Shown here: piece by piece, positions 48,328 to 58,668 of the stretch
How the letters are laid out: the number at the start of each line of letters is the position of its first letter
How positions within the stretch are numbered: position 1 is the first letter of the stretch
Assembly (NCBI GenBank): GCA_036279835.1
Contig: DASUII010000297.1
Coordinates: 1-62,975, forward strand
Length of the DNA: 62,975 nucleotides
Source: Pseudonocardiaceae bacterium
GTDB lineage: Bacteria; Actinomycetota; Actinomycetes; Mycobacteriales; Pseudonocardiaceae
Direction of reading: 5' to 3'
Translations under genes and position numbers: made by a program
The notes under the pieces: model-generated
Databases searched by the model: none
Seen by the model: only the letters and a program-made list of their open reading frames with translations
Told to the model about the DNA's origin: nothing

Positions 48328-49326
48328 ATGTCGGAGTCAGCTATCCGAAAGACCGAGCACGAGATCGTCATCTCGGCCCTGCCTCCGGCCGTGTTCAGGC
48401 TGCTCGTCGACGTGGGCAACTGGCCGACCGTCTTTCCCCCCACGGTCCATGTCGAGCACCTCGAACGCGGCGACACCGAGGAACGCTTCCGGATCTGGGC
48501 GACGGCCAACGGTAAGGCGCGCGGCTGGACCTCCCGGCGCGAGCTCGACCATGACGAGCTGAGGATCCGGTTCCGCCAGGAGGCGCCCGCGCATCCCGTA
48601 GCGGCGATGGGCGGCGAGTGGATCGTCGAGGAACTCGCCGGCGGGCGCAGCCGAGTGCGGCTGCGGCACGACTTCCGGGCGGTCGAGGACACCCCGGAGG
48701 CAATCGCCTGGATCCACCAAGCTGTCGATCGCAACAGCGAAACCGAGCTTTGCGCGCTGCGCACCGCCGCGGAACGCGGCGAAGGGGACCAGCGGCTGTT
48801 CACTTTCACCGACACCATCCTGGTGGACGGTGCTGCCGCCGACAGCTACGAGTTCCTTTACCGAGCAAAGGAGTGGGAGCAGCGGCTGGCGCATGTCGAC
48901 CGGGTATCGGTAGATGAGGAGATCCCCAACCTGCAGCTGCTAGAAATGGACACCCGCGCGGCGGACGGCTCGACGCATACCACCGTTTCGGTGCGGGTCT
49001 GCTTCCCTGAGCACCTGATCGTCTACAAGCAGCTGCGCACGCCTGCGTTGCTGTCCCTGCACACTGGGCAATGGACGATCCGGAGCGACGGCGACGCAAC
49101 CGTGGTCACCGCACAGCACACGGTGGCGATCGCCTCAGAGGCGGTCGCCGGCGTCCTCGGCGAGCAAGCGACCGTCGAAGACGCCCGCGAGTTCGTTCGC
49201 TCCACGTTGAGCTGCAACAGCCTCGTCACACTGGACGCAGCCAAAACCTACGCGCAACGCCACTGCGTCAACCGTCAGGTCACGGAAAGGGCGCCGTCGA
49301 GGGCGAAGACCGCGCCGCTCGCGTAG
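48328..49326 (+). CDS. Didomain aromatase/cyclase (SRPBCC; DpsF/AknE1-like)
   Basis: It has two START/Bet v1-like halves ([30 protein letters not shown].. and ..[23 protein letters not shown]..). The alternative start is at 48322. Confidence 0.88.
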   Translation: MSESAIRKTEHEIVISALPPAVFRLLVDVGNWPTVFPPTVHVEHLERGDTEERFRIWATANGKARGWTSRRELDHDELRIRFRQEAPAHPVAAMGGEWIVEELAGGRSRVRLRHDFRAVEDTPEAIAWIHQAVDRNSETELCALRTAAERGEGDQRLFTFTDTILVDGAAADSYEFLYRAKEWEQRLAHVDRVSVDEEIPNLQLLEMDTRAADGSTHTTVSVRVCFPEHLIVYKQLRTPALLSLHTGQWTIRSDGDATVVTAQHTVAIASEAVAGVLGEQATVEDAREFVRSTLSCNSLVTLDAAKTYAQRHCVNRQVTERAPSRAKTAPLA

Positions 49327-50021
49327 GCGGCTTCCGGTGAGGTGAGCTGGATGATCCACCACGCAATCTCGGCCGGCTCGCCGATCCGGCCGACGGGCAC
49401 CTGCGCGCGCATCCCATCGAGGAACTGCGTGTAGTCCTGCTGGGGCATCCCCGCTCGTACTCCCGCACCAGTGTTGATCACGCCGGGTGCCACGCCCACC
49501 ACACGGATCCCCCGTGGTCCCAGCTCAACCGCCCACGACCGGGTCAGGAGATCCAGGGCAGCTTTGGTCGCGCCATACACCGCGTTTCCCGACCAGGAGC
49601 GCAGGCCGAGCGCGCCTGCCGAGCCGACATTGACGATAACGCCCGAAGCGGCTTGCAGCGCGCCGAGCACGGCTTGGGTCACCAGGATCGGCGCGACGAG
49701 GTTCGTCGCGACCTGTGCTTCCACGAGTTCCCGGTCGAGCTGACCGAGCGCCCCGAAACCACCCGTGGCGGCGTTGTTCACCAGGACATCGACTCGACCC
49801 AGCTCACGATGCGCAGTCTCGGCGATCACGCTCGGGGCATCGGGATCGGTGATGTCAACCGCGAAGGGGTGAATCCTGTCGTAGCCCGTAGCCGTGACCT
49901 TGAGCGCGGAGTGGGTGCGCCCGAGGATGAGAACACTATCGCCCTGCTCGGCGAAGGCCTGTGCGGTCGCACGACCGATGCCCGAGCCACCCCCGGTGAC
50001 GATCACCGCTCGACGAGTCAT
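49275..50021 (-). CDS. SDR family oxidoreductase (aklaviketone reductase DnrE/AknU-like candidate)
   Basis: 248 aa with [11 protein letters not shown] and YGATKAALD. There is an ATGA-type overlap with the downstream GT. The functional assignment rests on cluster context only. Confidence 0.7.
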   Translation of the reverse strand: MTRRAVIVTGGGSGIGRATAQAFAEQGDSVLILGRTHSALKVTATGYDRIHPFAVDITDPDAPSVIAETAHRELGRVDVLVNNAATGGFGALGQLDRELVEAQVATNLVAPILVTQAVLGALQAASGVIVNVGSAGALGLRSWSGNAVYGATKAALDLLTRSWAVELGPRGIRVVGVAPGVINTGAGVRAGMPQQDYTQFLDGMRAQVPVGRIGEPAEIAWWIIQLTSPEAAYASGAVFALDGALSVT

Positions 50022-51322
50022 GACCGCGACGCCAAGTCACGCCCGACGCGGTGCTCGGCGGTCAGTTTCTCGAGTACCGGCACGATGTCGTTTGGACTTG
50101 GAGTTCCCACGATCTCGGTACGGACCCGCGCCGCCCCGACCGCGAAGGACGGATCGTCGAGTATCGAGACGATGTGGTCTCTCAACCCTTCCACCGACAA
50201 CTCCTCGGGATCATTGACGAAAGCCCCGGCTCCGCAGTCGGCCAGTGCGAGCGACTTCTCCATCGAGTCCCACATCATGTCCGGCACAATCAACTGCGGC
50301 ACCCCGTGGGACAGCGCGGTCATAAACGTTCCGGATCCGCCGTGGTGGACGATGGCATCGCAGCTGGGGAGCAGGGCGTTCAACGGCACGAAGTCCACTG
50401 CGCGGACATTAGGCGGCAGCTTCCCCAATCGAACCAGCAGATCGGCTGGCAGGGTGGCAACGACCTCGACATCGAGGCCGTCCACAGCCGCTATCACATC
50501 CCGGGCGGCGACCGTACCGCCATCAGGCGCCTCGCCCAGCGACACCCCGAGCGTAAGGCACAGGCGCCGGGGGTACGGTGCCAGCTCCCGGAGCCAGCCC
50601 GGTAGAGCGGAGCGACCGTTGTAGGGCACGTAGCGGACCGGAACGTAATGCAAGTCCAGCGGCGCGCGCATGGAGGTCGGAGTCGGGTCGATGGTCCACT
50701 GCCCGACCACCATCTCTTCGTCGATCTCAGCCGCCGATCCGCCGTTGCGCTCGAGCGTCCAGGCCAGCCACTCGGTCAACGGGTCGTCGTGCCGCCCCGC
50801 CGGCTGCTGGGCGAGCAGGCCTCGGAACGCCGCCCGGTTCCTCGCTACCTGATCTGGACCGAATAGCAGCCGGGCATGTGCGGCGCCGGAGATCCGCGCC
50901 GCGACGGGCGCGCCCAACGTCAACGGGTCCCAGACGATGAGGTCCGGTTTCCAGCCGACCGCCAGCTCCACCAGCTCGTCCACCATCGGTTCCGGGCACA
51001 CGTTCTGGAACACGAACGACGTCATCGCCGTGAACATGCCCAGCGCCTTCTCCCAGGTGAAAGGATCGTGCCGGGTGTTGCTCATGGCCAGGCCGCCAAG
51101 GTTACGATCGTTGAAGCTCTCGTTGGCCTGTTGCGTCTCGGGCTCGAGATTGAGCACGGGACCGACCCTGGCCGCGGGCAGACCCGCGGCCACGATGTCG
51201 TCGGTCAGATCCGGTTGGCTGGCGACGATGACTTCGTGACCGGCGGTCCGCAGCGCGGAGGCCACGGTAACCTGGGCGAAAAAATGGGAGCGTGCTGCGA
51301 ATGTGGTGAACATGACTCGCAT
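50018..51322 (-). CDS. GT1 family glycosyltransferase (second sugar transferase, DnrH-like candidate)
   Basis: 434 aa. [37 protein letters not shown] and the HHGGSGTF motif are present. Confidence 0.88.
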   Translation of the reverse strand: MRVMFTTFAARSHFFAQVTVASALRTAGHEVIVASQPDLTDDIVAAGLPAARVGPVLNLEPETQQANESFNDRNLGGLAMSNTRHDPFTWEKALGMFTAMTSFVFQNVCPEPMVDELVELAVGWKPDLIVWDPLTLGAPVAARISGAAHARLLFGPDQVARNRAAFRGLLAQQPAGRHDDPLTEWLAWTLERNGGSAAEIDEEMVVGQWTIDPTPTSMRAPLDLHYVPVRYVPYNGRSALPGWLRELAPYPRRLCLTLGVSLGEAPDGGTVAARDVIAAVDGLDVEVVATLPADLLVRLGKLPPNVRAVDFVPLNALLPSCDAIVHHGGSGTFMTALSHGVPQLIVPDMMWDSMEKSLALADCGAGAFVNDPEELSVEGLRDHIVSILDDPSFAVGAARVRTEIVGTPSPNDIVPVLEKLTAEHRVGRDLASRS

Positions 51323-51328
51323 GGGAGC

Positions 51329-52156
51329 TCATTTCCGGACGCTGGCCATCAGCAATGCCGCCGTGTCACTCTTGGAAGCCGATTCTTGGGCCACGGCCAT
51401 CACATACTGGCCGTACTCGGACTTGGCGAGTCGTGTGCCAAGGCGATGGCACGCCTCGGCAGTGATGAAGCCCATCCTCATTGCCACCTCCTCCAGGCAG
51501 GCGATCCGGACGCCTTGGCGCTCTTCGAGGGCGTGAACGTACTGGCTCGTCCGCATGAGTGACTCCGGTGTCGCGGCGTCGAGTATCTCGAAGCCGCGCC
51601 CGAGCTCCACCAGCCGGGTTCGGCCGCGGTCGGAGTAGGCGCGGTTCAACTCGGCGATATCCCTTTCGCCCCGTTCGGCGAACACCAGCTCCTTGGCCAG
51701 GTCGACCACGTCGCTGTGGTAGAAGTACAGGCCGGTGATCGCGCGAGTCGACCAGCGGAACAGCACGCAGCCGGGCACGTGCTGGGCGTGGAGTTCGAGC
51801 AGGTCCCTGAGTCGGTGGCCGTGGAAGATGTTGTCACCAAGAATGACAGCGACGTTCTCACCGCCGATGTGGTCCGCTCCGATGATGAAGGTATCGACCG
51901 GGCTGCCGGGACGATCCTGTCCGGCGTAGTCGATGGCCAGCCCTAGCTGGGAGCCGTCACCGAGTAGCCGCCGGATCTGAGACAGGTCAGCCGGATCTGC
52001 GATGACCAGGATGTTGCGGATCCCGGCCAGCATGAGCACCGATAGCGGGTAGTAGATCAGTGGTTTGCCGCCGACCGGTACGAGCTGCTGGGGAACCGCG
52101 AGGGTGATCGGGTGCAGGCGTACGTTCGCGCCGTCCGCCAAGATGATGCCCTTCAC
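51329..52156 (-). CDS. Degenerate glucose-1-phosphate thymidylyltransferase (RmlA/DnmL-like) with substituted catalytic motifs and an internal deletion
   Basis: A GTG at 52156 forms a GTGA overlap with the upstream gene. GIILADGANVRLHPIT stands against canonical GIILAGGSGTRLYPIT. PQQLVP stands against SKQLLP and ILDAAT against WLDTGT. About 30 residues are missing between GCVLFRW and ITGLYFY. Confidence 0.75.
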   Translation of the reverse strand: MKGIILADGANVRLHPITLAVPQQLVPVGGKPLIYYPLSVLMLAGIRNILVIADPADLSQIRRLLGDGSQLGLAIDYAGQDRPGSPVDTFIIGADHIGGENVAVILGDNIFHGHRLRDLLELHAQHVPGCVLFRWSTRAITGLYFYHSDVVDLAKELVFAERGERDIAELNRAYSDRGRTRLVELGRGFEILDAATPESLMRTSQYVHALEERQGVRIACLEEVAMRMGFITAEACHRLGTRLAKSEYGQYVMAVAQESASKSDTAALLMASVRK

Positions 52157-53637
52157 GGGATTTCCCGCGATGCGGAGCCTGCTCCCGCCGACAGGCTGTG
52201 CAGACACGCCACCAGGCTGCGAGCCTGGACATTGAGGTAGTGGCTGTGTCGCAAGAGGTCGACAAGCTGGTGCAGGGTCATCCACCGATATTCGGATCCT
52301 CCAGCGAGATCCACGTCAACCTCGACGATGAGGTACCGGTTGACGGCGTTGAAGAAACGGCCGCCCTCCTCGGAGAGATCCGCCGCGAAGCGGATCTGGT
52401 GAGGCGCAGCTTCCAAGACAGTGTCGAGGAAACGCGGCCTGCTGCCCGGGGGCAACACCCGCAGGCTCTCCGGCGTGCATTGTACGGTGGGCGCGATTTC
52501 GACGACGTCGACATAACCGGGCTCGGCGCGGGCGTGCACAAGCGCATGCAACACACCCTCAATCCGCCGGACCAGGAACGCGACGATTCCGGTTCCCTTC
52601 GGTTCGATCATCGGCTGGGTCCAACTGGCGACCTCGCGCGATCCGCCGACCACGTCCACGCCGATGACGTCGAAGAACAGGCCGCTCTCATGGGATATCG
52701 TCCCGTGCACCCAATGCCAGTCCGGCAACTGCGCGAGCGGAACTCCGCAGGTGCGCACCTCAGCCTCTGCCCGGACTCCGGTGATCCAGCTCAAGATCTC
52801 GTAGGTCGGATGAAGGCTGCCCGCCGCCGCACTGCAGGACCGAACCACTGCATCGTGGAAGGTTGTCTCGCCGGCGAACGCACCGTCGAAGAACGGGAGC
52901 AGGTTTGCACCCGCGAAGGGAAGGCAGGACAGCACGGTCCGCGCGTCCATGTTGATCAAATTCTCGACCGTGAGCAGCCGGTGCAGCTGTCCAATGGTGA
53001 GCCAGTGAAAGTCCTCCCACGCCGCGACGTCCCGGTCAATCTCGACGATCATGTTCCGATTGCGTTTCTGGTAGAACCACGCGCCCTGCTCCGACTGCAG
53101 CACGTCCGCGACGACCAAATGCCCCTCAGGATGGCGGAAGTACTCCAGGTAGGGCACGGCCTTGCCTTGGTGGACCCTCGTGTAGTTGCTCCGCGTCGCC
53201 TGCACTGTTGGCGACAGCTGCAGGCCGTTGCAGTTGCCGGGTTCAAACTTCGCCTGCATCAGGCAGTGCAGCACTCCGTCGAACTCCTTCATCAGGATGC
53301 CGAGAATGCCAACTTCGGGTTGATTGACGATCGGCTGGCCCCATTTCGGGACTGGGGCATCCGGAATCCGCACGTCGAGGCCTTCTATAGCGAAGAATTT
53401 CCCACTGTGATGCGTGATGTTCCCGGTGCTGGGATCTCGGCTCCAGCCGACCAGTTCCTCGAGGCGCAATCGCTCGACCCGGTGCGTAGTGTGTTCCGCG
53501 CGGCCGGCGAACCAGTCCCAGAACCGTGCCATCCCGTCCCCGAGCCCGTCTGTGGCGAGAGCAGATTTGGCGATCCGGGGCGGCAGCCGGGTGTCCGGCT
53601 GCGATAGGATCGGTGGCGTAGTCAGGGAAGCAGCCAT
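52153..53637 (-). CDS. NDP-hexose 2,3-dehydratase (DnmT/TylX3/EvaA-like)
   Basis: About 494 aa with internally duplicated halves (HHSGKFFAIEGL...QAKFEPGN and HESGLFFDVIGV...HARAEPGY), typical of the 2,3-dehydratase family. Confidence 0.88.
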   Translation of the reverse strand: MAASLTTPPILSQPDTRLPPRIAKSALATDGLGDGMARFWDWFAGRAEHTTHRVERLRLEELVGWSRDPSTGNITHHSGKFFAIEGLDVRIPDAPVPKWGQPIVNQPEVGILGILMKEFDGVLHCLMQAKFEPGNCNGLQLSPTVQATRSNYTRVHQGKAVPYLEYFRHPEGHLVVADVLQSEQGAWFYQKRNRNMIVEIDRDVAAWEDFHWLTIGQLHRLLTVENLINMDARTVLSCLPFAGANLLPFFDGAFAGETTFHDAVVRSCSAAAGSLHPTYEILSWITGVRAEAEVRTCGVPLAQLPDWHWVHGTISHESGLFFDVIGVDVVGGSREVASWTQPMIEPKGTGIVAFLVRRIEGVLHALVHARAEPGYVDVVEIAPTVQCTPESLRVLPPGSRPRFLDTVLEAAPHQIRFAADLSEEGGRFFNAVNRYLIVEVDVDLAGGSEYRWMTLHQLVDLLRHSHYLNVQARSLVACLHSLSAGAGSASREIP

Positions 53638-53639
53638 CC

Positions 53640-54080
53640 TCAGTCCATCCCATCCCGGGTGACTCGCCGATGCCGGACCAGCCACGCCGTCCCGGAATGC
53701 ACGAGGGTGTCCGCACAAACCGTGCTGCGGCGTACGACGACGTCGCCGCCCGGGGGGGTTTCAAGCACGAGGGCATAACATCGGGTCGCGACGGTCTCAG
53801 TGGCGGTTTCGACGGTAAGCATCCCGATCCAGTGCCGCCGGGTGATCCCCGCCTCCGCGAATTCGTCCGCGACGGCACGCGCAGCCAGCGCGATGTTCTC
53901 GGCACCGGATACCGACTTGGCGCCGACCTCGAAAATGGCGTCCTCAGTGAACATGCCAGCCCATTCCAGGGTGCGGCCGGCGTCCAGTAGCTGCATCTGC
54001 CGCGTGTAAAACTGCTGAACCTCGGAGTAGAGGTTCGGATCGGTCGAAGGCGAACCGACACTCATCAGAACATCCACCAT
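53640..54080 (-). CDS. NTF2-like (SnoaL_4 / ActVI-ORFA / DpsH-like) protein
   Basis: 146 aa from the ATG at 54080. YSEVQQFYTRQMQLLDAGRTLEWAGMFTEDAIFEV...RRHWIGMLTV is an NTF2-fold pattern. It is divergent from the ACP gene. Confidence 0.6.
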   Translation of the reverse strand: MVDVLMSVGSPSTDPNLYSEVQQFYTRQMQLLDAGRTLEWAGMFTEDAIFEVGAKSVSGAENIALAARAVADEFAEAGITRRHWIGMLTVETATETVATRCYALVLETPPGGDVVVRRSTVCADTLVHSGTAWLVRHRRVTRDGMD

Positions 54081-54242
54081 GTCCGTCCTTCGCAAGTCGA
54101 TCGACGGCGAGACTTCACCGTGCCCACCGGGACTCGAAGCGCGCTGGACAACCCGCAGTCCATCACCGTTCAAGCGCGATTCCACGGTGCGCGTTAAGGG
54201 TGGCCGCCAGAGGCCCCAACAGCCGGAGCGAAAGGCGGAACC

Positions 54243-54497
54243 ATGGCCAAGTTCAGCCTGGATGAACTGAAGCAGATCATGCGGCAATGTGCCGGCGAGG
54301 ACGAGTCGGCCGACCTGGACAACGACTTCGAAGCCGTCACCTTCGACCATCTCGGCTACGACTCGCTCGCCATCCTCGAGACGGCGGGCCGGATAGAACG
54401 AACCTATGGGCTCAAGCTGCCAGAGGAAGGACTATCCGAGATCACGACTCCCGGTGCGCTCGTCGCGTTCGTCAACCGCGTGCGGGAAAAAGTGTGA
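54243..54497 (+). CDS. Type II PKS acyl carrier protein
   Basis: 84 aa and acidic, with the [10 protein letters not shown] phosphopantetheine attachment Ser. Confidence 0.9.
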   Translation: MAKFSLDELKQIMRQCAGEDESADLDNDFEAVTFDHLGYDSLAILETAGRIERTYGLKLPEEGLSEITTPGALVAFVNRVREKV

Positions 54498-55366
54498 TGG
54501 CCGGGGCCAACAGCGCGCCGAGCCTGAGCGGCCGCACGATCGTTGTGACCGGCGCGACCTCCGGCATCGGCCGGGCAGCCGCTATAGGGCTGGCCCGGTT
54601 GGGTGCCGGGCTGGTCATCGTCGGCAGGGACACCACCCGGCTCGAATCGGTCACGCAAGAGATCGCCGCGGTGGGCCAGTCGGCCCCGACCGCGTTCCAG
54701 GCCGACTTCACTCATCTCGATCGAGTGCGGGAACTCGGGGAAAAGCTGCGCTGCAGGTACGAGCGGATTGATGTTCTCGCCAGCAATGCGGGCGCCATAT
54801 TCTGGAGACGGATCATTACCGCGGACGGGTTCGAGGCCACGATCCAGGTCAATCATCTCGCCGGGTTCCTGCTCGCCAACCTGCTCCGTGGCCGACTCGA
54901 CGGCGGACGGCTGATCATAACCTCGTCCGACTCATATACCGAAGGCAAGTCGGACCCCGAGGACCTCAACAGCGACCGAATCCGCTATGGGGCGGGCCGT
55001 GCTTACAGCACGTCGAAACAGGCCAACATCCTCGTCGCTCGCGAAGCCGCCAGGCGGTGGCCGGACGTCCTGCCGGTCAGCTATCACCCGGGCCAGGTGC
55101 GCACCCGGATCGGTCGAGGGACCTTCGCCGCGCCCTATTTCCGGCTCAACCCTTTCCTGCGTAGCGCGGCGAAAGGCGCAGACACCCTGGTGTGGTTGGC
55201 GACCGCGCCGGCCACGGACCTGGTGCCCGGCGGCTACTACGCCGACCGCGGGTTACGTGAACTCAGTGGACCGACCGCTGCCCCCGAGATTGCCTCCCGG
55301 CTGTGGGACTCCAGCATCGCTGCCCTGGGGCAGGGCATCGAACACAGTGAAGGGAAACGACAGTGA
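54497..55366 (+). CDS. SDR family oxidoreductase (DnrU-like ketoreductase candidate)
   Basis: 289 aa with [13 protein letters not shown] and YSTSKQANI. The start overlaps the ACP stop (TGATG). Confidence 0.78.
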   Translation: MAGANSAPSLSGRTIVVTGATSGIGRAAAIGLARLGAGLVIVGRDTTRLESVTQEIAAVGQSAPTAFQADFTHLDRVRELGEKLRCRYERIDVLASNAGAIFWRRIITADGFEATIQVNHLAGFLLANLLRGRLDGGRLIITSSDSYTEGKSDPEDLNSDRIRYGAGRAYSTSKQANILVAREAARRWPDVLPVSYHPGQVRTRIGRGTFAAPYFRLNPFLRSAAKGADTLVWLATAPATDLVPGGYYADRGLRELSGPTAAPEIASRLWDSSIAALGQGIEHSEGKRQ

Positions 55367-56187
55367 TCAGTTACCCCCCCGGCACCCCGGCGTGGTTCGA
55401 TCTCGGTTCGCCGGACGTGGCAGCCTCCGCTCGCTTCTACAGCGATCTGTTCGGCTGGACCGCGAGCGTGGTCAGCGACCCAGGAGCTGAGGGCTACACC
55501 ACCTTTATGCGCGATGGTCAGCTGGCCGCCGCCGTCGCCCGTCACCAGATCGACACGCCGTACCACCGGCCGTACGGCCCGGACCAGCAGGAGGGCATGC
55601 CCGCCATCTGGACGGTCTACTTCGCGACTGACGACGCGGACGCGCTGACTCAACGCGCCGTGGCGGCGGGCGGCGAAATCATCATGTTGCCGATGGATGT
55701 GCTCAACCTCGGCCGGATGGCAGTCTTCGCCGACCCGGAGGGAGCCGCCTGCGCGGTCTGGCAGAGCATCTCCATGGACGGCGCCGAGGTGATCGGGCAG
55801 CCGCGCTCGATGAACTGGGTCGAGCTGGTCACCCGGGACATCGAGGGGGCGAGGGCATTCTACGGGCAAGTTCTTGGCATGGCGGCCAAAGACTTCTCGT
55901 GCGCGGGGTTGACCGACCCGATCTGGCAGATCGGCGGGCAGCCCGTCGCGGGAACCAGAGAGCTGGGCACGACACATGCGGTACGACCGCACTGGGCACT
56001 CACTTTCGGCGTCGAAGATTGTGACGCGATGGCGCGGCGTGCAGTGGAACTCGGTGGCACCACCGATAATCCCCCCGCAGATACCCCGCTCGGGCGTCGC
56101 GCCGACCTGATCGATCCCCACGGCGCCGGTTTCTCGGTGCTTGCCAAGGCTCCAGATTTCCCTGGTTCGAGCGGATCGTCGTCATGA
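55363..56187 (+). CDS. Two-domain VOC (glyoxalase/bleomycin-resistance fold) protein (DnrV-like)
   Basis: It has two repeats of the VOC module ([24 protein letters not shown].. and [24 protein letters not shown]..). It is translationally coupled to the P450 gene. Confidence 0.8.
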   Translation: MISYPPGTPAWFDLGSPDVAASARFYSDLFGWTASVVSDPGAEGYTTFMRDGQLAAAVARHQIDTPYHRPYGPDQQEGMPAIWTVYFATDDADALTQRAVAAGGEIIMLPMDVLNLGRMAVFADPEGAACAVWQSISMDGAEVIGQPRSMNWVELVTRDIEGARAFYGQVLGMAAKDFSCAGLTDPIWQIGGQPVAGTRELGTTHAVRPHWALTFGVEDCDAMARRAVELGGTTDNPPADTPLGRRADLIDPHGAGFSVLAKAPDFPGSSGSSS

Positions 56188-57419
56188 GCGGAGCACCTCG
56201 TGTCGGGGCCGATCCGTTCACTTGCCCCGCACAATCCATTCAGCGCAAACCGGAAGTGCACGATGCGCTCCGGAGAGGCGGCCCGATCGTCGAGGCCAAC
56301 GCGCCAGCCGGCGGCCCGGTCTGGGTCATCACCGAGGGTTCGCTGGCCAGGCAGGTGCTCGCCGACCCACGCTTTGTGAAGGATCCGGAACTGGCACCCG
56401 CCTCCTGGCACGGTGTCGAGGACGGGCTGGACTTCCCGACGCCCGAACTACGCCCTTTCACACTCATCACCGTCGACGGTGAAGAGCACCGAAAACTGCG
56501 CCGGATTCATGGGCCCGCCTTCACTCCGCGCCGGCTTGGCGTGTCTTCGGAGCGGATCGCGGGAATCGCCCGCGATCTGTTCGCTGAGCTCGCGCAATCC
56601 TCCGGACAGGCCGGCGAACCCGCCGAGCTGATCGGCGGATTTGCCTACCACTTCCCGCTGCTCGTCATCTGCGACCTGCTGGGCGTCCCGGTCACCGATC
56701 CCGTCATGGCCCGAACCGCGATCAGCAGTCTCAAGGCGATCGCGCTAGGCACCGCGGGCGATCAGGAGCCCGACCCCTCGGCGCTGGAAAAGCTGCTTAT
56801 GCAGACCGTGCAGACTGCCCGTGAGGGTGGGCAAGACTCCATGACCCGCGTGCTCTACGAGCGCGTGTGCGCCGAGTTCGGCGATGTCCCGGATGAATAT
56901 CTGATCTACATGATCACCGGGCTGATCTTCGCTGGGCACGATACGACCGGATCCTTCCTCGGCTTCCTGCTGGCGCACGTCCTAGCGGGTCACCTCGACC
57001 CGGACGCGGACACGGATGCCATGACCGACTTCATCGAGGAAACTCTGCGCCTACATCCCCCGGTGCCCTACACGTTGTGGCGGTTCGCCGCGACCGACCT
57101 GGAGATCGCGGGTGTTTCGCTGTTGCGAGGGGCGCCCGTGCTGATCGACATCGAGGGCATCAACACCGACAGCCGCTGCCACAACGAGCCGCACACGCTG
57201 CGCCTGGATCGCGATCTCAGCCTACGGCTGACCTTCGGTGGTGGTCCCCATTACTGCATCGGCGAACAACTTGCCCTGCTCGAATCGAGGGCCATGATCC
57301 AGGTACTGCGCAGCGAGTTACCGGCTGCGCGGCTCGCTGTGCCGTTCGAGGAGCTCCGGTGGGGACGGAAAGGCTCGCAGACGGCCCGCCTCACCGAGCT
57401 GCCCGCCTGGCTCCGGTAG
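56184..57419 (+). CDS. doxA: Cytochrome P450, DoxA-like anthracycline C-13/C-14 oxidase
   Basis: 411 aa with the heme loop [14 protein letters not shown]. Long stretches (KPEVHDA.., [69 protein letters not shown]) match my recollection of S. peucetius DoxA. It follows a DnrV-like gene. Confidence 0.85.
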   Translation: MSGAPRVGADPFTCPAQSIQRKPEVHDALRRGGPIVEANAPAGGPVWVITEGSLARQVLADPRFVKDPELAPASWHGVEDGLDFPTPELRPFTLITVDGEEHRKLRRIHGPAFTPRRLGVSSERIAGIARDLFAELAQSSGQAGEPAELIGGFAYHFPLLVICDLLGVPVTDPVMARTAISSLKAIALGTAGDQEPDPSALEKLLMQTVQTAREGGQDSMTRVLYERVCAEFGDVPDEYLIYMITGLIFAGHDTTGSFLGFLLAHVLAGHLDPDADTDAMTDFIEETLRLHPPVPYTLWRFAATDLEIAGVSLLRGAPVLIDIEGINTDSRCHNEPHTLRLDRDLSLRLTFGGGPHYCIGEQLALLESRAMIQVLRSELPAARLAVPFEELRWGRKGSQTARLTELPAWLR

Positions 57420-57726
57420 ATGATGCTTTCGGTATTCGGCAAGACACATGACACCACGGCAGTCGCCGAGAACGGACCACTCGATATCCTCGACCCGGGC
57501 AACGCGATCGGTGATCTGGCCACTTGGGACCCGGATGCGCACGCCTTCTGCACACCGCAGGACGCGAATTACTCGACTGGCAAAAAAAGGATTCAACACC
57601 TCTCTCACCAAGCTTCGCTACGTCATCGCGAACTTCAAGTTTTGGCAATGCATATACACCGTTACGACTATCCCTAACTGAGCCGTTCGGGTTACTACAG
57701 AAACCGTAGGCTTACACTTGGACGAG

Positions 57727-58365
57727 GTCTGTTGCGTCGGTGGAGAGCAAGATCAGGCAGGCTTGGTCGATGCGTCGTCGCTGTCGTCGAGTGCCAGTAT
57801 CGAGGTCCAGCTTCGTGGGAGTTTCGCTTCTCACCGGATGATCACGCTCGCGGTTCGCTGGTACCTGCGCTACGGGCTCTCCTATCGAGACGTTGAAGAA
57901 CTGCTGGCCGAGCGTGGCATCACCGTCGATCACGTGAGCTGTACCGGTGGGTGCAGCGGTTCACCCCGCTGCTCATCGACGCAGCACGACCCTGCCGGCG
58001 CACCCCTGGCGACCGGTGGTCCGTCGACGAAACATATGTCAAAGTCTCTGGGCGATGGGTCTATCTGTATCGGGCGATCGACCAGTTCGGCCAGGTCATC
58101 GACGTGCTTGTGGCCGAGAAACGGGATCTAGCGGCTACCCGCCGGTTCTTCACCGGTGCGCTGGAGCACGGTCCATCACCGACCGAATTGACCACCGACC
58201 GTGCGCCGCCTACCCGCGGGTGCTCGATGAGCTGCTGCCGAGCGCCTGTCACGTCACCGAGCAGTACACCAACAACCCGATCGATGCAGACCACGGCCGC
58301 CTGAAATCCCGACTGCGGCCCATGCGCGGGCTCAAACGGCTGCGCTCAGCGCGAGTAATCAGCAC
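57727..58365 (+). mobile_element. IS6 family insertion sequence remnant (transposase with two frameshifts, 3' end and right inverted repeat missing)
   Basis: GGTCTGTTGC at 57727 resembles the IS6/IS26 terminal repeat. The transposase pieces lie in three frames: LAVRWYLRYGLSYRDVEELLAERGITVDH, then YRWVQRF..WSVDETYVKVSGRWVYLYRAIDQFGQVIDV..TDRAP, then AYPRVLDELLP..NNPIDADHGRLKSRLRPMRGLK. Similarity stops after ..ARVISTG. Confidence 0.75.
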
Positions 58366-58668
58366 GGGACTGTCAACGGCAGGCGAAAACCCAGTTTTCA
58401 CGTGCCGTCGACACCTCGCTCAATGCTCGCTACCTGGGCAAACAGTCGCGATGAGTGGGTACGCTACATTGTGCGGACGGTCCTCAGCACCGGTCGTCCT
58501 CTTACGTTGGACAATGCGGAACACGCATATCAGCTGTTCAGGCAAGAGAAGCTCGTCGACGAGCGCGAACTGCAGGTGGAGCCTCCACTCGAGATCGAAG
58601 CAAGCTCAGACACGGCAGAGCGCCCGCTGGCGATTGTTCGCATCTCCGACGTCACCGGTGTGAACGCT

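Noticed and set aside
52198-53607. 469-aa ORF antisense to the 2,3-dehydratase gene
   Set aside because: It is a high-GC shadow ORF. The minus strand shows the duplicated dehydratase signature.
53640-55366. SnoaL2/SnoaW-type two-component C-1 hydroxylase (NTF2 protein + SDR)
   Set aside because: The two genes are divergent and separated by the ACP gene. The arrangement fits the dpsH / dpsG / dnrU-dnrV-doxA layout I recall better, so this is kept only as an alternative to test.
57420-57677. 85-aa ORF in the low-GC spacer after the P450 gene
   Set aside because: It has no motif and no RBS, and its composition is unlike the neighbouring genes. It is probably non-coding junction DNA next to the IS6 remnant.
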